From the NCBI GenBank assembly GCA_963847185.1, contig CAWJYV010000002.1, positions 111,472 to 175,471 of the forward strand: DNA of 64,000 nucleotides. Direction: 5' to 3'. This stretch comes from an uncultured Methanosarcinaceae archaeon (GTDB taxonomy: Archaea; Halobacteriota; Methanosarcinia; Methanosarcinales; Methanosarcinaceae). A program made the translations under genes and the position numbers. The notes under the pieces are model-generated. The model was not told the DNA's origin and searched no databases. It was given only the letters and a program-made list of their open reading frames with translations. Positions 10,290 through 21,142 of the stretch are shown here, in pieces; position 1 is the stretch's first letter, and the number at the start of each line of letters is the position of its first letter.

Positions 10290-10704
10290 TTTATATAATA
10301 TTAATTATCTAGCAAATATCTATAAATAACCCCTCATTCATTTGCAGAATTGAATCCAACTGTTTGTAATCTTAATTATTAATTATACTAATCTCACTGT
10401 AATTTGATCTAGCAGCCGGGAAGGGTACTTTTCCTTACTTCTGGCAGTTTATGATAAAAGATCGGGCAAAGAAAAAAATTTCAGAGCCCGAAAGTCAAGC
10501 CTGTATTAATATAGATTCTTATTTCCTGAAAAATAAAGAAACTATGGATACAGGTGAATCTTGAAGGGCCTGTGTCCGGACCGATTATTATTTTGTGTAA
10601 AGTCGGGTAGTCGGACATAGTTTTTTAGTCCAGATAATAAAAACCCACATTTCAGGTCATGTAATGCTGCAATTTCAGATTGCTGCACTTTAATAGGTGA
10701 TATA
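10290..10704 (+). promoter_or_regulatory. Putative fpo promoter and long structured 5' leader
   Basis: TATA-like boxes at about 10290 and 10320; several inverted repeats at 10415-10686; AGGTGA RBS before fpoA. Confidence 0.45.
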
Positions 10705-11079
10705 ATGTCTGGAATAATTGATAGCTATATACCGGTTGCAATATTTCTTGTCCTGGCACTTGTTATGCCGCCAATGACAATGTTTATGGTAAAGCAGCTG
10801 AGTCCGAGGAGCAAAGCAGCTAATAAATACACAACATATGAATCGGGTTCTATTCCCACAGGAACTGCCAGGATTCAGTTCAATGTCGAGTATTATCTTT
10901 ATGCAATTGCTTTTGTTCTTTTTGATGTAGAGGTGCTTTTCCTTTACCCGTGGGCTACTGTTTATAAGGGGCACGGGATCACCTCAATCGCGGTAATCGA
11001 AATGTTTGCGTTTATCTTCATACTTCTCTTTGGATACGTCTATCTCTGGAAGAAGGAGGCCCTTACATGGGTGAAGTAA
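10705..11079 (+). CDS. fpoA: F420H2 dehydrogenase subunit A
   Basis: YESG, FDVEVLFLYPW (NuoA family). Confidence 0.96.
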   Translation: MSGIIDSYIPVAIFLVLALVMPPMTMFMVKQLSPRSKAANKYTTYESGSIPTGTARIQFNVEYYLYAIAFVLFDVEVLFLYPWATVYKGHGITSIAVIEMFAFIFILLFGYVYLWKKEALTWVK

Positions 11080-11621
11080 AGGAGAAAAAAACGAGTACAT
11101 CAAATGAAATCTCTGACGAAGAAATCCCTGGCGTGATCACAACAACAACCAGTGCAATCCACAACTTCCTTAAGAAAACTAAGGCTCAGGATCTGATCAA
11201 CTGGGGAAGGAAAAATTCGCTCTGGTTTATGACCCAGCCAATGGGCTGCTGCGGAGTAGAGATGATCGCTACAGGCTGTGCTCATTATGATACCGACCGT
11301 TTTGGGATAATTCCGAGAAACTCTCCAAGACAGGCTGATGTCATGATTATCAGTGGGTACGTGACGAAGAAATACCTGCCATCATTGAAGAGGCTCTGGG
11401 AGCAGATGCCTTCTCCAAAGTGGGTAATCTGTATGGGAGATTGTTCGATAAGCGGAGGGCCGTTCTACGAATCATACAGTACAGTGCAGAACATTGACGA
11501 GCTCTTTCCGATTGATGTATTTATTCCGGGATGTCCACCCAGGCCCGAAGCCCTGCTTCAGGGATTTGTGGAACTGCAGGAAAAAATAAAGGCCAAAAAA
11601 GACCGGGGAACAGAGTACTGA
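11067..11621 (+). CDS. fpoB: F420H2 dehydrogenase subunit B
   Basis: GCCGVEM, SPRQAD, PGCPPRPE. Confidence 0.96.
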   Translation: MGEVKEKKTSTSNEISDEEIPGVITTTTSAIHNFLKKTKAQDLINWGRKNSLWFMTQPMGCCGVEMIATGCAHYDTDRFGIIPRNSPRQADVMIISGYVTKKYLPSLKRLWEQMPSPKWVICMGDCSISGGPFYESYSTVQNIDELFPIDVFIPGCPPRPEALLQGFVELQEKIKAKKDRGTEY

Positions 11622-11657
11622 AATCTTTCTGATTTTTTGAGAATCGAGGTAAAAATT

Positions 11658-12134
11658 ATGGATGCCAGCACGATTATCGAATCATTAACCGGCGCATTTC
11701 CGGAAGTAATTTCCGGAGCTGAGGTCGAATCCCCTATCCGCATAAGGGCATATGTGGACAAGGAGAAAGCAAAAGAAGTCTGTCAGTACCTGAAAGATTC
11801 CCTTCAATTCGACCACCTCTGCTCAGTCTGCGGGGTAGATTACATAAAAAGGAATGAGATAGAAGCTGTCTATCACATTGCTTCATACGACCATCCCGTA
11901 GTACTGACGCTCAAGGCCGTACTTCCGAGAGAAGGCCCGGAAATCGAATCCATTGTATCTGTGTACTGGAATGCAAACTGGTATGAAAGGGAAACTTACG
12001 AACTCTTCGGGGTTATGTTCAAAAACCACCCTAACCTGAAGCCACTTGTACTTCCGGAAGATATGCTGGGTGAATGGCCCCTGAGAAAAGATTACAAGGG
12101 TTTTCCGAATACGACAGCCAGAAACCTGGTGTGA
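11658..12134 (+). CDS. fpoC: F420H2 dehydrogenase subunit C
   Basis: ANWYERETYELFG..F.NHP..PLRKDY; ATG after GAGG. Confidence 0.95.
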   Translation: MDASTIIESLTGAFPEVISGAEVESPIRIRAYVDKEKAKEVCQYLKDSLQFDHLCSVCGVDYIKRNEIEAVYHIASYDHPVVLTLKAVLPREGPEIESIVSVYWNANWYERETYELFGVMFKNHPNLKPLVLPEDMLGEWPLRKDYKGFPNTTARNLV

Positions 12135-12143
12135 GGGTGAAAA

Positions 12144-13268
12144 ATGGAAGAAATGCTTGGACCAAATGAGATGATTGTACACCTGGGCCCTCAACATCCT
12201 ATGCAGCCCGGACCCTTCAGGCTAAACCTGAAGTTAAAAGGGGAAACAGTAATGGGTGCTGAGATTGAGCTGGGTTTTATTCACAAAGGGATTGAAAAAA
12301 TTCTGGAGAACAAGACCTATCTTCAGGGAATTACAATCGTGGACAGGATCTGCTACCTTGTGGCCCTTGTAAACGAAGAATGTTTTGTAGGCTGCACTGA
12401 GAAACTATTAGGTATCGAGCCTCCAGAGAGAGCTCAGTATATCAGGGTAATTGTTGAGGAACTCACAAGAATTCAAAGTCACCTGCTCGGTATGGGTGAA
12501 TTCGGAGAATTCATTGGTTTTGTTTCCATGTTCATGTACACTATCAGGGAAAGAGAAGAGATTCTCGGCCTGATTGATATGGTAACAGGAGCCAGAATCA
12601 CTCACAGCTATCTGAAATTCGGAGGGGTACGTGAAGATCTCCCAGATGGGTTCAAAGAAAAAGCAATTCCTGTCCTGAATAACCTCAAAAAATCAGTCAA
12701 CGATTTTGAAGAAATGTTTCATACTGACAGAATCTACAGGGAACGTACTGTAGGAGTCGGGGTCCTGACCGCAGATGTCGCAAAAAGCCTTGGAGTATCC
12801 GGGCCTGCACTGCGTGCAACTGGTGTACCTTTTGATATCAGGAAGAATGAACCTTACCTGGTTTACAAAGATCTGGACTTCACGGTCTGCACTGAAAAAG
12901 AAGGAGACTGTTTTGCAAGAGTTCAGCTCAGGCTTAATGAGATAAGGGAAAGCATCTACATCCTTGAACAGTGCCTTGACAGAATACCAAACGGACCCAT
13001 ATTCCCTGAAAACACTCCGTATGGCAGGAGGACACCTGTAATGAGAGTTCCGGCTGGAGAGGTTTTCCACAGAGTAGAAGACCCCAGAGGAGAAATGGGA
13101 ATGTACATGGTCTCCGACGGTTCGGATAAGCCATACAGGGTAAAAGTTAGAGGCCCTTATTACCCAACCTTGCAGGCTCTACCCCCACTCATAATAGGCA
13201 CCACGGTTGCAGACGTAGCAGCTATTTCCGGCAGCATGGACGGCTGTACCAGTGAAGCAGACAGGTGA
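12144..13268 (+). CDS. fpoD: F420H2 dehydrogenase subunit D
   Basis: GPQHP, HKGIEK, DRICY, EDPRGE. Confidence 0.96.
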   Translation: MEEMLGPNEMIVHLGPQHPMQPGPFRLNLKLKGETVMGAEIELGFIHKGIEKILENKTYLQGITIVDRICYLVALVNEECFVGCTEKLLGIEPPERAQYIRVIVEELTRIQSHLLGMGEFGEFIGFVSMFMYTIREREEILGLIDMVTGARITHSYLKFGGVREDLPDGFKEKAIPVLNNLKKSVNDFEEMFHTDRIYRERTVGVGVLTADVAKSLGVSGPALRATGVPFDIRKNEPYLVYKDLDFTVCTEKEGDCFARVQLRLNEIRESIYILEQCLDRIPNGPIFPENTPYGRRTPVMRVPAGEVFHRVEDPRGEMGMYMVSDGSDKPYRVKVRGPYYPTLQALPPLIIGTTVADVAAISGSMDGCTSEADR

Positions 13269-14314
13269 TTATAGTGGCAATAGAATTTCCTGAATTTATA
13301 ATTCCTTTTCTCCCCTGGATCCGCGGGATAGTCGGCCTCTCTCTTGTAGGAGTAATATTCATGGGAGCAATGGGAGCTGTCTGGCTAGAACGAAAGCTTT
13401 CCGCAGATATTCAGAACAGGATGGGACCCTGCCGCGTAGGAAAATACGGACTTCTGCAACTTGTAGCCGATGCAATCAAACTCTTTACTAAAGAAGACTT
13501 AAAGCCTTTCAATGCTGACAGTTTACTTTTCAATAATGCAAATATTTTCATGATGGGCTCTATTTTTCTTATGCTGGTTGCAATTCCTGTGGGCGCTGTT
13601 TTCGTTAATGGGGTCGAGTATCCATTAGCTGTCACCGAGATGGATATAAGTGTGCTTTATATTGAAGCAATGTCAGCAATCTCCATTTTCGGAATTTTCA
13701 TGATAGCCTACGGTTCGAACAATAAGTATTCCCTTCTCGGAGCATTTCGAAACTTCGCCCGAATGGTCGGGTACGAGGTGCCTCTGGGATTAACCGTTGT
13801 AAGTGTAGCTATTATGACAGGTTCCCTTAACATAATTGACATCTCGAGATCTCAGGGCCTGCTCTGGAATATCTTTTTGCAGCCCATAGGATGCTTTGTA
13901 TTCTTCGTATCTCTTATGGCCGATATGGGCCGACTTCCCTTTGACCAGAATGAGTCAGAAGAAGAACTGGTCGCAGGATGGATTACCGAATACTGTGGAA
14001 TGCGTTTTGGACTTGCTTTCTTTGCGGAGTATATCCATATGATCCTGGGTTCCTTCCTTGTAGCCCTGCTCTTTCTTGGCGGCTGGAATGTACCAGGCTT
14101 TATTGCAAACAACCCTGTGCTTGGCCTTATTGCCCCAACAGGTTTCTTGCTTGTAAAAGTTGTCTTCGTGCTGATGGTAATTATAGGGATGAGGTGGGCT
14201 GTTCCGAGGTTCAGAATTGACCAGGTTGTTGACCTGAGCTGGAAGAAACTGTTTCCTCTGGCTATGCTAAACCTTGTCTGGGCAGTAGGGCTCGGACTCT
14301 ACCTGGGAGCGTGA
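13265..14314 (+). CDS. fpoH: F420H2 dehydrogenase subunit H
   Basis: ERKLSADIQNRMGP, LPFD..ESEEELVAG..TEY, PRFRIDQ. Confidence 0.96.
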   Translation: MIIVAIEFPEFIIPFLPWIRGIVGLSLVGVIFMGAMGAVWLERKLSADIQNRMGPCRVGKYGLLQLVADAIKLFTKEDLKPFNADSLLFNNANIFMMGSIFLMLVAIPVGAVFVNGVEYPLAVTEMDISVLYIEAMSAISIFGIFMIAYGSNNKYSLLGAFRNFARMVGYEVPLGLTVVSVAIMTGSLNIIDISRSQGLLWNIFLQPIGCFVFFVSLMADMGRLPFDQNESEEELVAGWITEYCGMRFGLAFFAEYIHMILGSFLVALLFLGGWNVPGFIANNPVLGLIAPTGFLLVKVVFVLMVIIGMRWAVPRFRIDQVVDLSWKKLFPLAMLNLVWAVGLGLYLGA

Positions 14315-14320
14315 GAGATC

Positions 14321-14731
14321 ATGGTTCTTAAAAACATTAAGTATGCAATTAAAAACATCCCCAAGCCTCCCGTAACCAGGATGTATCCTGAAAAATGCAC
14401 CGAACTCTCAGATCGGTTCAGGGGGCTTCAGATACTTGATAAAAGTAAATGCATAGGCTGTGGCATTTGCGCCAATACCTGCCCTAATGCTGCAATCAAG
14501 ATAGTAAAAGCTCCGATTGCACCAGGCAGCGAGAAAAAACGCTGGTTTCCCCAGATTGACATAGGACACTGCCTTTTTTGTGGACTTTGTATCGATCAGT
14601 GCCCGAAAGGCGCGCTTTCCAGCGGCAAAGAATACACTAAAGGCGTCATAAAATGGAAGCACAAAGATCTGCTTATAACTCCTGATAAGCTCGCCAGGGA
14701 AGTTGATCTTGAGGAAGGTGATGAGAGATGA
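14321..14731 (+). CDS. fpoI: F420H2 dehydrogenase subunit I
   Basis: Two CxxCxxCxxxCP motifs; RFRG. Confidence 0.96.
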   Translation: MVLKNIKYAIKNIPKPPVTRMYPEKCTELSDRFRGLQILDKSKCIGCGICANTCPNAAIKIVKAPIAPGSEKKRWFPQIDIGHCLFCGLCIDQCPKGALSSGKEYTKGVIKWKHKDLLITPDKLAREVDLEEGDER

Positions 14732-15024
14732 TCGGGCTTGAGCTTGAAACAATCGGAGCAGCTCTGCAAATGGCAGTCTTCGGACTTCTTGCTATTATCA
14801 CGGTATTCTTTGCAATTTTTGTAGTAATCGCAAAGGACGTTGTAAGAGCCGGACTTGCCCTTATTATGTGCATGTTCGGTGTTGCAGCATTTTACATTCT
14901 CTTAAACGCCCAGTTCATGGGAGTTATTCAGGTCCTGGTTTATATCGGAGCAATCGGAGTGCTGATTCTCTTTGCAGTTATGCTGACAAAGCGCGAGATA
15001 GGAGGTGGATCAGGTGCAGATTAA
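14728..15024 (+). CDS. fpoJ1: F420H2 dehydrogenase subunit J, N-terminal half (J1)
   Basis: QVLVYIGAIGVLILFAVML (NuoJ N-half). Confidence 0.93.
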   Translation: MIGLELETIGAALQMAVFGLLAIITVFFAIFVVIAKDVVRAGLALIMCMFGVAAFYILLNAQFMGVIQVLVYIGAIGVLILFAVMLTKREIGGGSGAD

Positions 15025-15265
15025 TCGGCCTTTAGCCTTTCTTGTAGCCCTGCTCTTTGTTGCAGTTATTGTAATAGGGGCTTTTGGGACTTCCTGGAAC
15101 ACGGTCTCAGAACTGCCACAGAACTCAACCGACCAGAGTAATATAGAGGGCATAGGTATGCTACTCTTTACTCAGTATGTGGTGCCTTTCGAAATTCTGT
15201 CAATTGTCCTGCTTGCATCCCTTATCGGCGCAATCTATATGGCAAAAGGGGAGGGTAACAGATGA
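15014..15265 (+). CDS. fpoJ2: F420H2 dehydrogenase subunit J, C-terminal half (J2)
   Basis: [28 protein letters not shown] (NuoJ C-half); GTG start. Confidence 0.92.
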   Translation: MQINRPLAFLVALLFVAVIVIGAFGTSWNTVSELPQNSTDQSNIEGIGMLLFTQYVVPFEILSIVLLASLIGAIYMAKGEGNR

Positions 15266-15564
15266 TTCCTTTAAACTTTTACCTTGGACTTTCAGCCCTG
15301 CTCTTCTCCATCGGACTTTATGGTGTAATGACACATAAAAGCGGCATCAGAATAATTATGTGCATTGAGCTGATGCTCAACTCCGCAAACCTGAACCTTG
15401 TAGCTTTTTCAAGTTACACGGATACCTTGAACGGGCAGGTTTTTGCCATGTTCTCAATAGCCCTAGCAGCTGCTGAAGCAGCAGTCGGGTTTGCGATCTT
15501 TATGGCAATTTACAGAATGCACGGTAAGATTAACCTTGATGAGCTCAACATCCTGAGGTGGTAA
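15262..15564 (+). CDS. fpoK: F420H2 dehydrogenase subunit K
   Basis: [18 protein letters not shown]. Confidence 0.96.
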   Translation: MIPLNFYLGLSALLFSIGLYGVMTHKSGIRIIMCIELMLNSANLNLVAFSSYTDTLNGQVFAMFSIALAAAEAAVGFAIFMAIYRMHGKINLDELNILRW

Positions 15565-17576
15565 AAACGGCTCTGGAAGAATTTGCATTTTTAATCCCCC
15601 TGCTTCCGGCACTGGCTTTTGTGATTACTTTCTTCTTCGGTAAGAAAATGCCCTCAGGAGGGGCAATAGTTCCTATACTTGCAATTGCCACCTCTTTTGT
15701 AATCTCTTTCATGATTACACTCAGATTGCTGGCAAATCCCGAAGAAGTCGTAAGTCAGTCCTATTCCTGGTTTGCAGCGCTCAATATAGGAGTATTAATC
15801 GATCCCCTGGCTGCAGTTATGCTGTCAATGGTCTCCTTTGTGAGTCTGCTGATCCATATCTATGCAGTTAGTTATATGTCCCATGATCCCGGAAAAGCCA
15901 GATATTTTGCAGAAACCGCACTCTTCACAGCGGCAATGCTTTCCCTGATTCTCTCGGATAACATTCTGCAGCTCTTTGTTTCCTGGGAGCTTGTTGGTCT
16001 ATGTTCCTTCCTGCTTATCGGGTTCTGGTTTGAAAAACCCTCGGCTGCAGCTGCTGCCAAGAAAGCTTTCCTTACAACCAGGATCGGAGACGTAATGTTC
16101 CTTTCAGGAATTATCCTGTTGACCTCCGATCTTCTGAAACTTGCCGGCGGATTCCATGATGGAACATATCTGCTTCGTTTTGACGAAATCTTCAGTTATA
16201 TCCCCCAGCTTTCAGCCCTGCAGGCAAACATTTTCGGCTTTGAAGTAAGCCACCTTACTATTATCACCCTGCTCTTCTTCGGTGGAGCAGTAGGAAAATC
16301 CGGGCAGTTCCCGCTGCATGTGTGGCTCCCTGATGCAATGGAAGGTCCGACAACCGTCTCAGCTCTCATCCATGCAGCAACAATGGTTACTGCCGGTGTT
16401 TATCTGGTAGCAAGAACCTTCCCAATGTTTCTCGCAGCCCCTGATTCCCTGATGGTAGTTGCCTATCTTGGAGGCTTTACAGCTCTCTTTGCAGGTACCA
16501 TGGGAATTGTGATGAATGACCTTAAGCGTGTACTTGCTTACTCAACCATCAGCCAGCTAGGATACATGATGCTTGGTCTTGGGCTGGGTTCGGCAATAGG
16601 GCTAGAAGCAGTTGGTGTTTCCCTTTTCCACCTTATTAACCATGCTTTCTTTAAGGCTCTCCTTTTCCTCTGTGCAGGCAGTGTGATCCACGCAGTAGGC
16701 ACCCAGGATATGAGGGAGCTCGGAGGCGTAGGAAAGGTCATGCCAATTACGGCTGCCACAATGACAATTGCAGCCCTTGCTCTGGCAGGTATAGGAATTC
16801 CGGGAACTTCAATAGGAACAAGCGGTTTCTTCTCAAAAGATGCAATTATTGAGGCTGCATACGTTTTCGGAGAGCACAGCAACAACTGGATCCCCTACGT
16901 GTTTTCAATTGCTGCCGCCCTCCTGACGTCTATCTATATCTTCAGGCTTATCTTCATGACCTTTACAGGGAAGCCGAGAAGCAACTATCACGGGCATGAA
17001 TCCCCTGCCATTATGACCATTCCCCTGTCCATTCTGGCTCTTTTTGCCCTCTTCTTCGGCGGACTTACAAAGACCGGATTCATGAAATTCCTTGAAGAAA
17101 CTTTTGCCAACAGTTTCGTAAACCTTGACATCGGAAACCTTGCCTCCATAGGCAAAAACGAACTTGTAGAAGCAGCAGGGCACGAGCCAATCCTGGTCCT
17201 ATGGCTTCCGTTAATAGTTGCCCTTATAGGTCTTGCAATTGCTTTCGTGATCTACTACCTTAGAGCAGTGAGCCTCGGATCCTTGGCTTCCATGAAGAAC
17301 CCTATTTACAGACTGCTCTACAAGCGTTACTACCAGCACGAAATTTATACTGAGTTCTTCTCACTCGGGATAGTTTACGGAATTATCGCTTTCCTCACGC
17401 AGGTAGTTGATGTGATCATCGACAGTATTGTGGAAGGAATAGGAATTCTCACGGTTGGTGTAAGTGAAGAACTCAGGAAAATTCAGACCGGAGCCGTTCA
17501 GACCTATGCAACCGTCGTAGTTGTAGGTGTGAGCCTGCTGATAATACTTATTAAGCTACTAATGGAGGTGCTCTGA
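15558..17576 (+). CDS. fpoL: F420H2 dehydrogenase subunit L
   Basis: [30 protein letters not shown]. Confidence 0.97.
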   Translation: MVKTALEEFAFLIPLLPALAFVITFFFGKKMPSGGAIVPILAIATSFVISFMITLRLLANPEEVVSQSYSWFAALNIGVLIDPLAAVMLSMVSFVSLLIHIYAVSYMSHDPGKARYFAETALFTAAMLSLILSDNILQLFVSWELVGLCSFLLIGFWFEKPSAAAAAKKAFLTTRIGDVMFLSGIILLTSDLLKLAGGFHDGTYLLRFDEIFSYIPQLSALQANIFGFEVSHLTIITLLFFGGAVGKSGQFPLHVWLPDAMEGPTTVSALIHAATMVTAGVYLVARTFPMFLAAPDSLMVVAYLGGFTALFAGTMGIVMNDLKRVLAYSTISQLGYMMLGLGLGSAIGLEAVGVSLFHLINHAFFKALLFLCAGSVIHAVGTQDMRELGGVGKVMPITAATMTIAALALAGIGIPGTSIGTSGFFSKDAIIEAAYVFGEHSNNWIPYVFSIAAALLTSIYIFRLIFMTFTGKPRSNYHGHESPAIMTIPLSILALFALFFGGLTKTGFMKFLEETFANSFVNLDIGNLASIGKNELVEAAGHEPILVLWLPLIVALIGLAIAFVIYYLRAVSLGSLASMKNPIYRLLYKRYYQHEIYTEFFSLGIVYGIIAFLTQVVDVIIDSIVEGIGILTVGVSEELRKIQTGAVQTYATVVVVGVSLLIILIKLLMEVL

Positions 17577-19063
17577 TGCTGCCGGTTGCATCTTTGCTGA
17601 TTCTGGTGCCGCTGTTTTTTGCAGCGTTGACCTTTTTGACAAAAACGAAAGAACTGGCTGCAGGAATGGGATTCCTTGGGTCTCTTGCCACGCTTGGCCT
17701 TACCCTCTATACGTATCTGAACTTTAACAGCGGTACTGCCGAAATGCAGTTTCTGGAATCTATGAAGTGGATTCCCTTCCTCGGGGTCAAATATACAGTT
17801 GGAATTGACGGCATTTCCATGCCTCTTATCCTCCTGAATGCTATCGTGATCCCGCTTCTTATCCTCTTCACCTGGAAGGAAGACATGGAATCCCCTAACA
17901 GGTTCTATGGGCTGATTCTTACAATGCAGGCTGCGGTCATAGGGGTCTTTGTAGCCCTTGACTTCGTTGTCTTCTATATATTCTGGGAGCTTACCTTAAT
18001 TCCCCTCTTCTTCATAGTAAATATCTGGGGAGGAGAAAAGCGGGCCCATGCGTCCTACAAGTTCTTTATTTACACGCATGTTGCCTCTCTGGTGATGCTT
18101 CTGGGAATCTTCGGGCTCTTCTATGCTTCCCTGCATCAGACAGGTGTTCCGACTTTCGATATTAGAGAGCTGGTCTCGCAGTTCCAGTTTATCGAGTCAG
18201 GTACGTTAAAGAATGGAATCTTCCTTGCAATTATCTTCGGATTCCTGGCAAAGTTGCCGACATTCCCCTTCCACTCCTGGCTTCCGGATGCATATACCGA
18301 AGCTCCTACTGCAGGCAGTGTACTCTTTATCCTGCTCAAAATCGGAGGATACGGGCTTTTCAGGATTTCACTCCCAATGCTCCCGAACACCGGTAACCCT
18401 GATATTATGATAATGATGCTGGGTTTGCTTGGCTCGTTCAGCATAGTGTATGGAGCTCTTGTAGCTCTTCGGCAGAAAGACCTCAAGCGCATGATCGCTT
18501 ACTCCAGTTTGAGCCACATGGGATTCGTTACCCTGGGTTCGGCCGGCCTTGTTGCCCTTTCGGTTTCAGGCGCCATGTTCCAGCAGTTTTCCCACGGGCT
18601 TATCATGAGTATCCTGTTCATGTCTGCCGGAGCAATTCAGGCTGCTACTGGCACCAGGATCATTAACAATCTCGGCGGGCTTGCAAAGAAGATGCCGATG
18701 CTTACTGTAGTTATGATGGTAGGATTTATGGCATCTCTTGGTCTGCCAGGCCTGACAGGTTTTATTGCCGAATTCTTGGTGCTAACCTTCAGCTTCGTTA
18801 ACCTGCCTGGTTTTGTTATGCTTGCCCTGCTGGCAATAGTGATTACTGCAGGCTACCATCTCTGGGCAATGCAGAGGGCAATGTTCGGAGTGTACAACGA
18901 GAAACTCGGGAATGTCAGAGATATCAATTCCCTTCAGGTCTTTTCAATGGCAGTTATTGCCCTTCTTGTGCTTTATTTCGGCCTGAACCCGAGTCCGGTG
19001 CTTGATATGATGATTAAGAATTCGGAATCAATAGTCAGCCTTGCGGCTGGCCTGGGGGTGTAA
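17576..19063 (+). CDS. fpoM: F420H2 dehydrogenase subunit M
   Basis: FPFHSWLPDAYTEAP, AYSSLSHMG. Confidence 0.97.
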   Translation: MLPVASLLILVPLFFAALTFLTKTKELAAGMGFLGSLATLGLTLYTYLNFNSGTAEMQFLESMKWIPFLGVKYTVGIDGISMPLILLNAIVIPLLILFTWKEDMESPNRFYGLILTMQAAVIGVFVALDFVVFYIFWELTLIPLFFIVNIWGGEKRAHASYKFFIYTHVASLVMLLGIFGLFYASLHQTGVPTFDIRELVSQFQFIESGTLKNGIFLAIIFGFLAKLPTFPFHSWLPDAYTEAPTAGSVLFILLKIGGYGLFRISLPMLPNTGNPDIMIMMLGLLGSFSIVYGALVALRQKDLKRMIAYSSLSHMGFVTLGSAGLVALSVSGAMFQQFSHGLIMSILFMSAGAIQAATGTRIINNLGGLAKKMPMLTVVMMVGFMASLGLPGLTGFIAEFLVLTFSFVNLPGFVMLALLAIVITAGYHLWAMQRAMFGVYNEKLGNVRDINSLQVFSMAVIALLVLYFGLNPSPVLDMMIKNSESIVSLAAGLGV

Positions 19064-19066
19064 GAA

Positions 19067-20536
19067 ATGGAAGAAATAATGTATCTTGCACCTGAAATTG
19101 TGCTGGTCGCAACCGGCCTGATAGTACTTCTGGCCGGAGTTTTCCTATCCCCCCAGTCTAAGAATGTACTGGGTTACCTGGCAAGCCTGGGAATTGTTGC
19201 AGCCCTTATTCTGACAGTCCAGAGCTTTGGGCTTATGACGATGCAGGGCTTCCAGGTTGGGTATGCGGTTTTCTCGGAAACTTTGAGTGTTGATGCCCTC
19301 TCCCAGTTTTTCAAACTGGTCTTCCTGGCAGTTGCTCTCATTGTTTCAGTTGCTTCAATAAAGTATAATGAAGACAGTGATCACACAGAAGAGTTCTACA
19401 CCCTGGTACTCTTTGCAACCGTCGGAATGATGGTTGTAGCATCTGCAAACGACCTGATAGTTCTCTTCACTGCCTTTGAACTGGCAAGTCTTGCCACTTA
19501 TGCTCTTGCAGGATATGAGAAGAAGAACGCAAAGTCCCTTGAAGGAGCCATGAAATACTTCGTCATCGGCTCGGTCTCTGGAGCACTTATACTCTTTGGG
19601 ATTTCCTTTGTCTACGGAGCAACCGGAACTACCAGCATTCCCCTGATTGCTAGAAACTCCGATCTTCTGACACAAAACCCGATAGGACTTGTTGCAATTG
19701 TACTGCTGGTTGCAGGTTTCGGCTTCAAGATGGCTCTTGTGCCCTTCCACATGTGGGCTCCGGATACCTACCAGGGATCCCCTTCAGTCGTCTCCGCTCT
19801 GCTTGCAGCAGGATCCAAGAAGATGGGCTTTGTGGCAGCGTTTAGAGTTTTCATCCTGGCACTAGGAGCCCTTCATGCTGACTGGCAGCTTATCTTTACA
19901 ATCCTGGCAGTGGTAACCATGACCTTCGGAAACGTGGTTGCAGTTTCCCAGACCAGCGTGAAACGGATGCTTGCCTACTCCTCCCTGGCGCAGGCCGGAT
20001 ATATTGCAATGGCTTTTGCAGTCATGACCCCCGTGGCTGTTGCAGGCGGTATCCTGTATACTCTTGCCCACGCCTTTATGAAAGCAGGAGCCTTTATCGC
20101 AGCCGCAGCAGTCGTCTGGATGGTAACTTCTGAAAAGACAGGCAATCTTGATGTTCCTGACCACCTTGACAGCTTCAGGGGACTTGGAAAGAGAATGCCC
20201 CTTGCAGCCTTCTGCATGATGATATTTGTCTTTGCCCTTGCGGGTATTCCCCCGACTGCAGGCTTCATGGCAAAGTTCGTGCTCTTTTCTTCAACCATTG
20301 AGGCAGGCATGAGCTGGCTTGCAGTAATTGCAATCCTGAACAGTGCCCTTTCACTGTTCTATTATGCAAGGCTTGTGAGATACATGTACTTCATGCCCCC
20401 TGAGGGTAAAAAAGTCAGCGTCCCCTTCCCGTATGCGGCAGCCCTTCTGCTTGCAACTGCAGGAGTAATGGTAATCGGTATCTGGCCCGAACCCTTTGTG
20501 GAGCTGGCTATGAAAGCAGCAATGGTACTGGTCTAA
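19067..20536 (+). CDS. fpoN: F420H2 dehydrogenase subunit N
   Basis: FKMALVPFHMWAPDTYQGSP, KRMLAYSS, GIPPTAGF. Confidence 0.97.
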   Translation: MEEIMYLAPEIVLVATGLIVLLAGVFLSPQSKNVLGYLASLGIVAALILTVQSFGLMTMQGFQVGYAVFSETLSVDALSQFFKLVFLAVALIVSVASIKYNEDSDHTEEFYTLVLFATVGMMVVASANDLIVLFTAFELASLATYALAGYEKKNAKSLEGAMKYFVIGSVSGALILFGISFVYGATGTTSIPLIARNSDLLTQNPIGLVAIVLLVAGFGFKMALVPFHMWAPDTYQGSPSVVSALLAAGSKKMGFVAAFRVFILALGALHADWQLIFTILAVVTMTFGNVVAVSQTSVKRMLAYSSLAQAGYIAMAFAVMTPVAVAGGILYTLAHAFMKAGAFIAAAAVVWMVTSEKTGNLDVPDHLDSFRGLGKRMPLAAFCMMIFVFALAGIPPTAGFMAKFVLFSSTIEAGMSWLAVIAILNSALSLFYYARLVRYMYFMPPEGKKVSVPFPYAAALLLATAGVMVIGIWPEPFVELAMKAAMVLV

Positions 20537-20550
20537 GGAGGTTATGAGAA

Positions 20551-20949
20551 ATGACAGATTGTGATCTTTGCGGAAAAGGAATCCCGACCGTTATCCCGGT
20601 CAGGACCCACCCTCCTCTTCTCAAATTCGCTTATCCTGAAGGTGTCTGGAAAGGACTCTGTGAAACCTGTCTCGACTCCGCCCAGAAAACCTATCTAGGC
20701 GTTGATAAAGACGAGATATCTTGCAGAAATAGTAAATGTGTTCTTTGTGGAAAAAAAGGCAGGACTCATCCTGTAGAACTGAAGGTCCCAGATTTCTCAA
20801 AAGGGATCGTAAAAAGAGAAGTAAATCTCTGCACAATTTGCCTGGAAGAAGTCAATGAGGCTTATATCAGGTTTAAAAGAGAACAAATCCTTCATGAAGA
20901 TGAACAGGGTCGTATACACGGGCACGAGCACGTGCACCCGCACCACTAA
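20551..20949 (+). CDS. fpoO: F420H2 dehydrogenase subunit O
   Basis: CDLCG, YPEGVWKGLCETC, CVLC; His-rich tail; last gene of the operon. Confidence 0.95.
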   Translation: MTDCDLCGKGIPTVIPVRTHPPLLKFAYPEGVWKGLCETCLDSAQKTYLGVDKDEISCRNSKCVLCGKKGRTHPVELKVPDFSKGIVKREVNLCTICLEEVNEAYIRFKREQILHEDEQGRIHGHEHVHPHH

Positions 20950-20950
20950 A

Positions 20951-20998
20951 TAAGCTGCATTTTGCGGCTTTATTTTTTTTCTTATTTTTTCTTTCTTT
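20951..20998 (+). terminator. Hairpin + poly-T terminator after fpoO
   Basis: AAGCTGCATTTTGCGGCTT stem-loop followed by T tracts. Confidence 0.7.
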
Positions 20999-21142
20999 TT
21001 GAGATCTCATTTTATTCTGAAAGCTTCGCTACGTATTCTGCAGCATAAAGGGCAAATGGTATCAAAGTCCTTTAGGTTTTCAACAAGCCGCTTTCTTATA
21101 GCCTTATATAAAAAGCGTTATTCCTATCTGGATGTTGTTAAA

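Noticed and set aside
14728-15265. Split fpoJ as a frameshift pseudogene
   Set aside because: Each half has its own start and RBS; split J1/J2 is a known Methanosarcina arrangement
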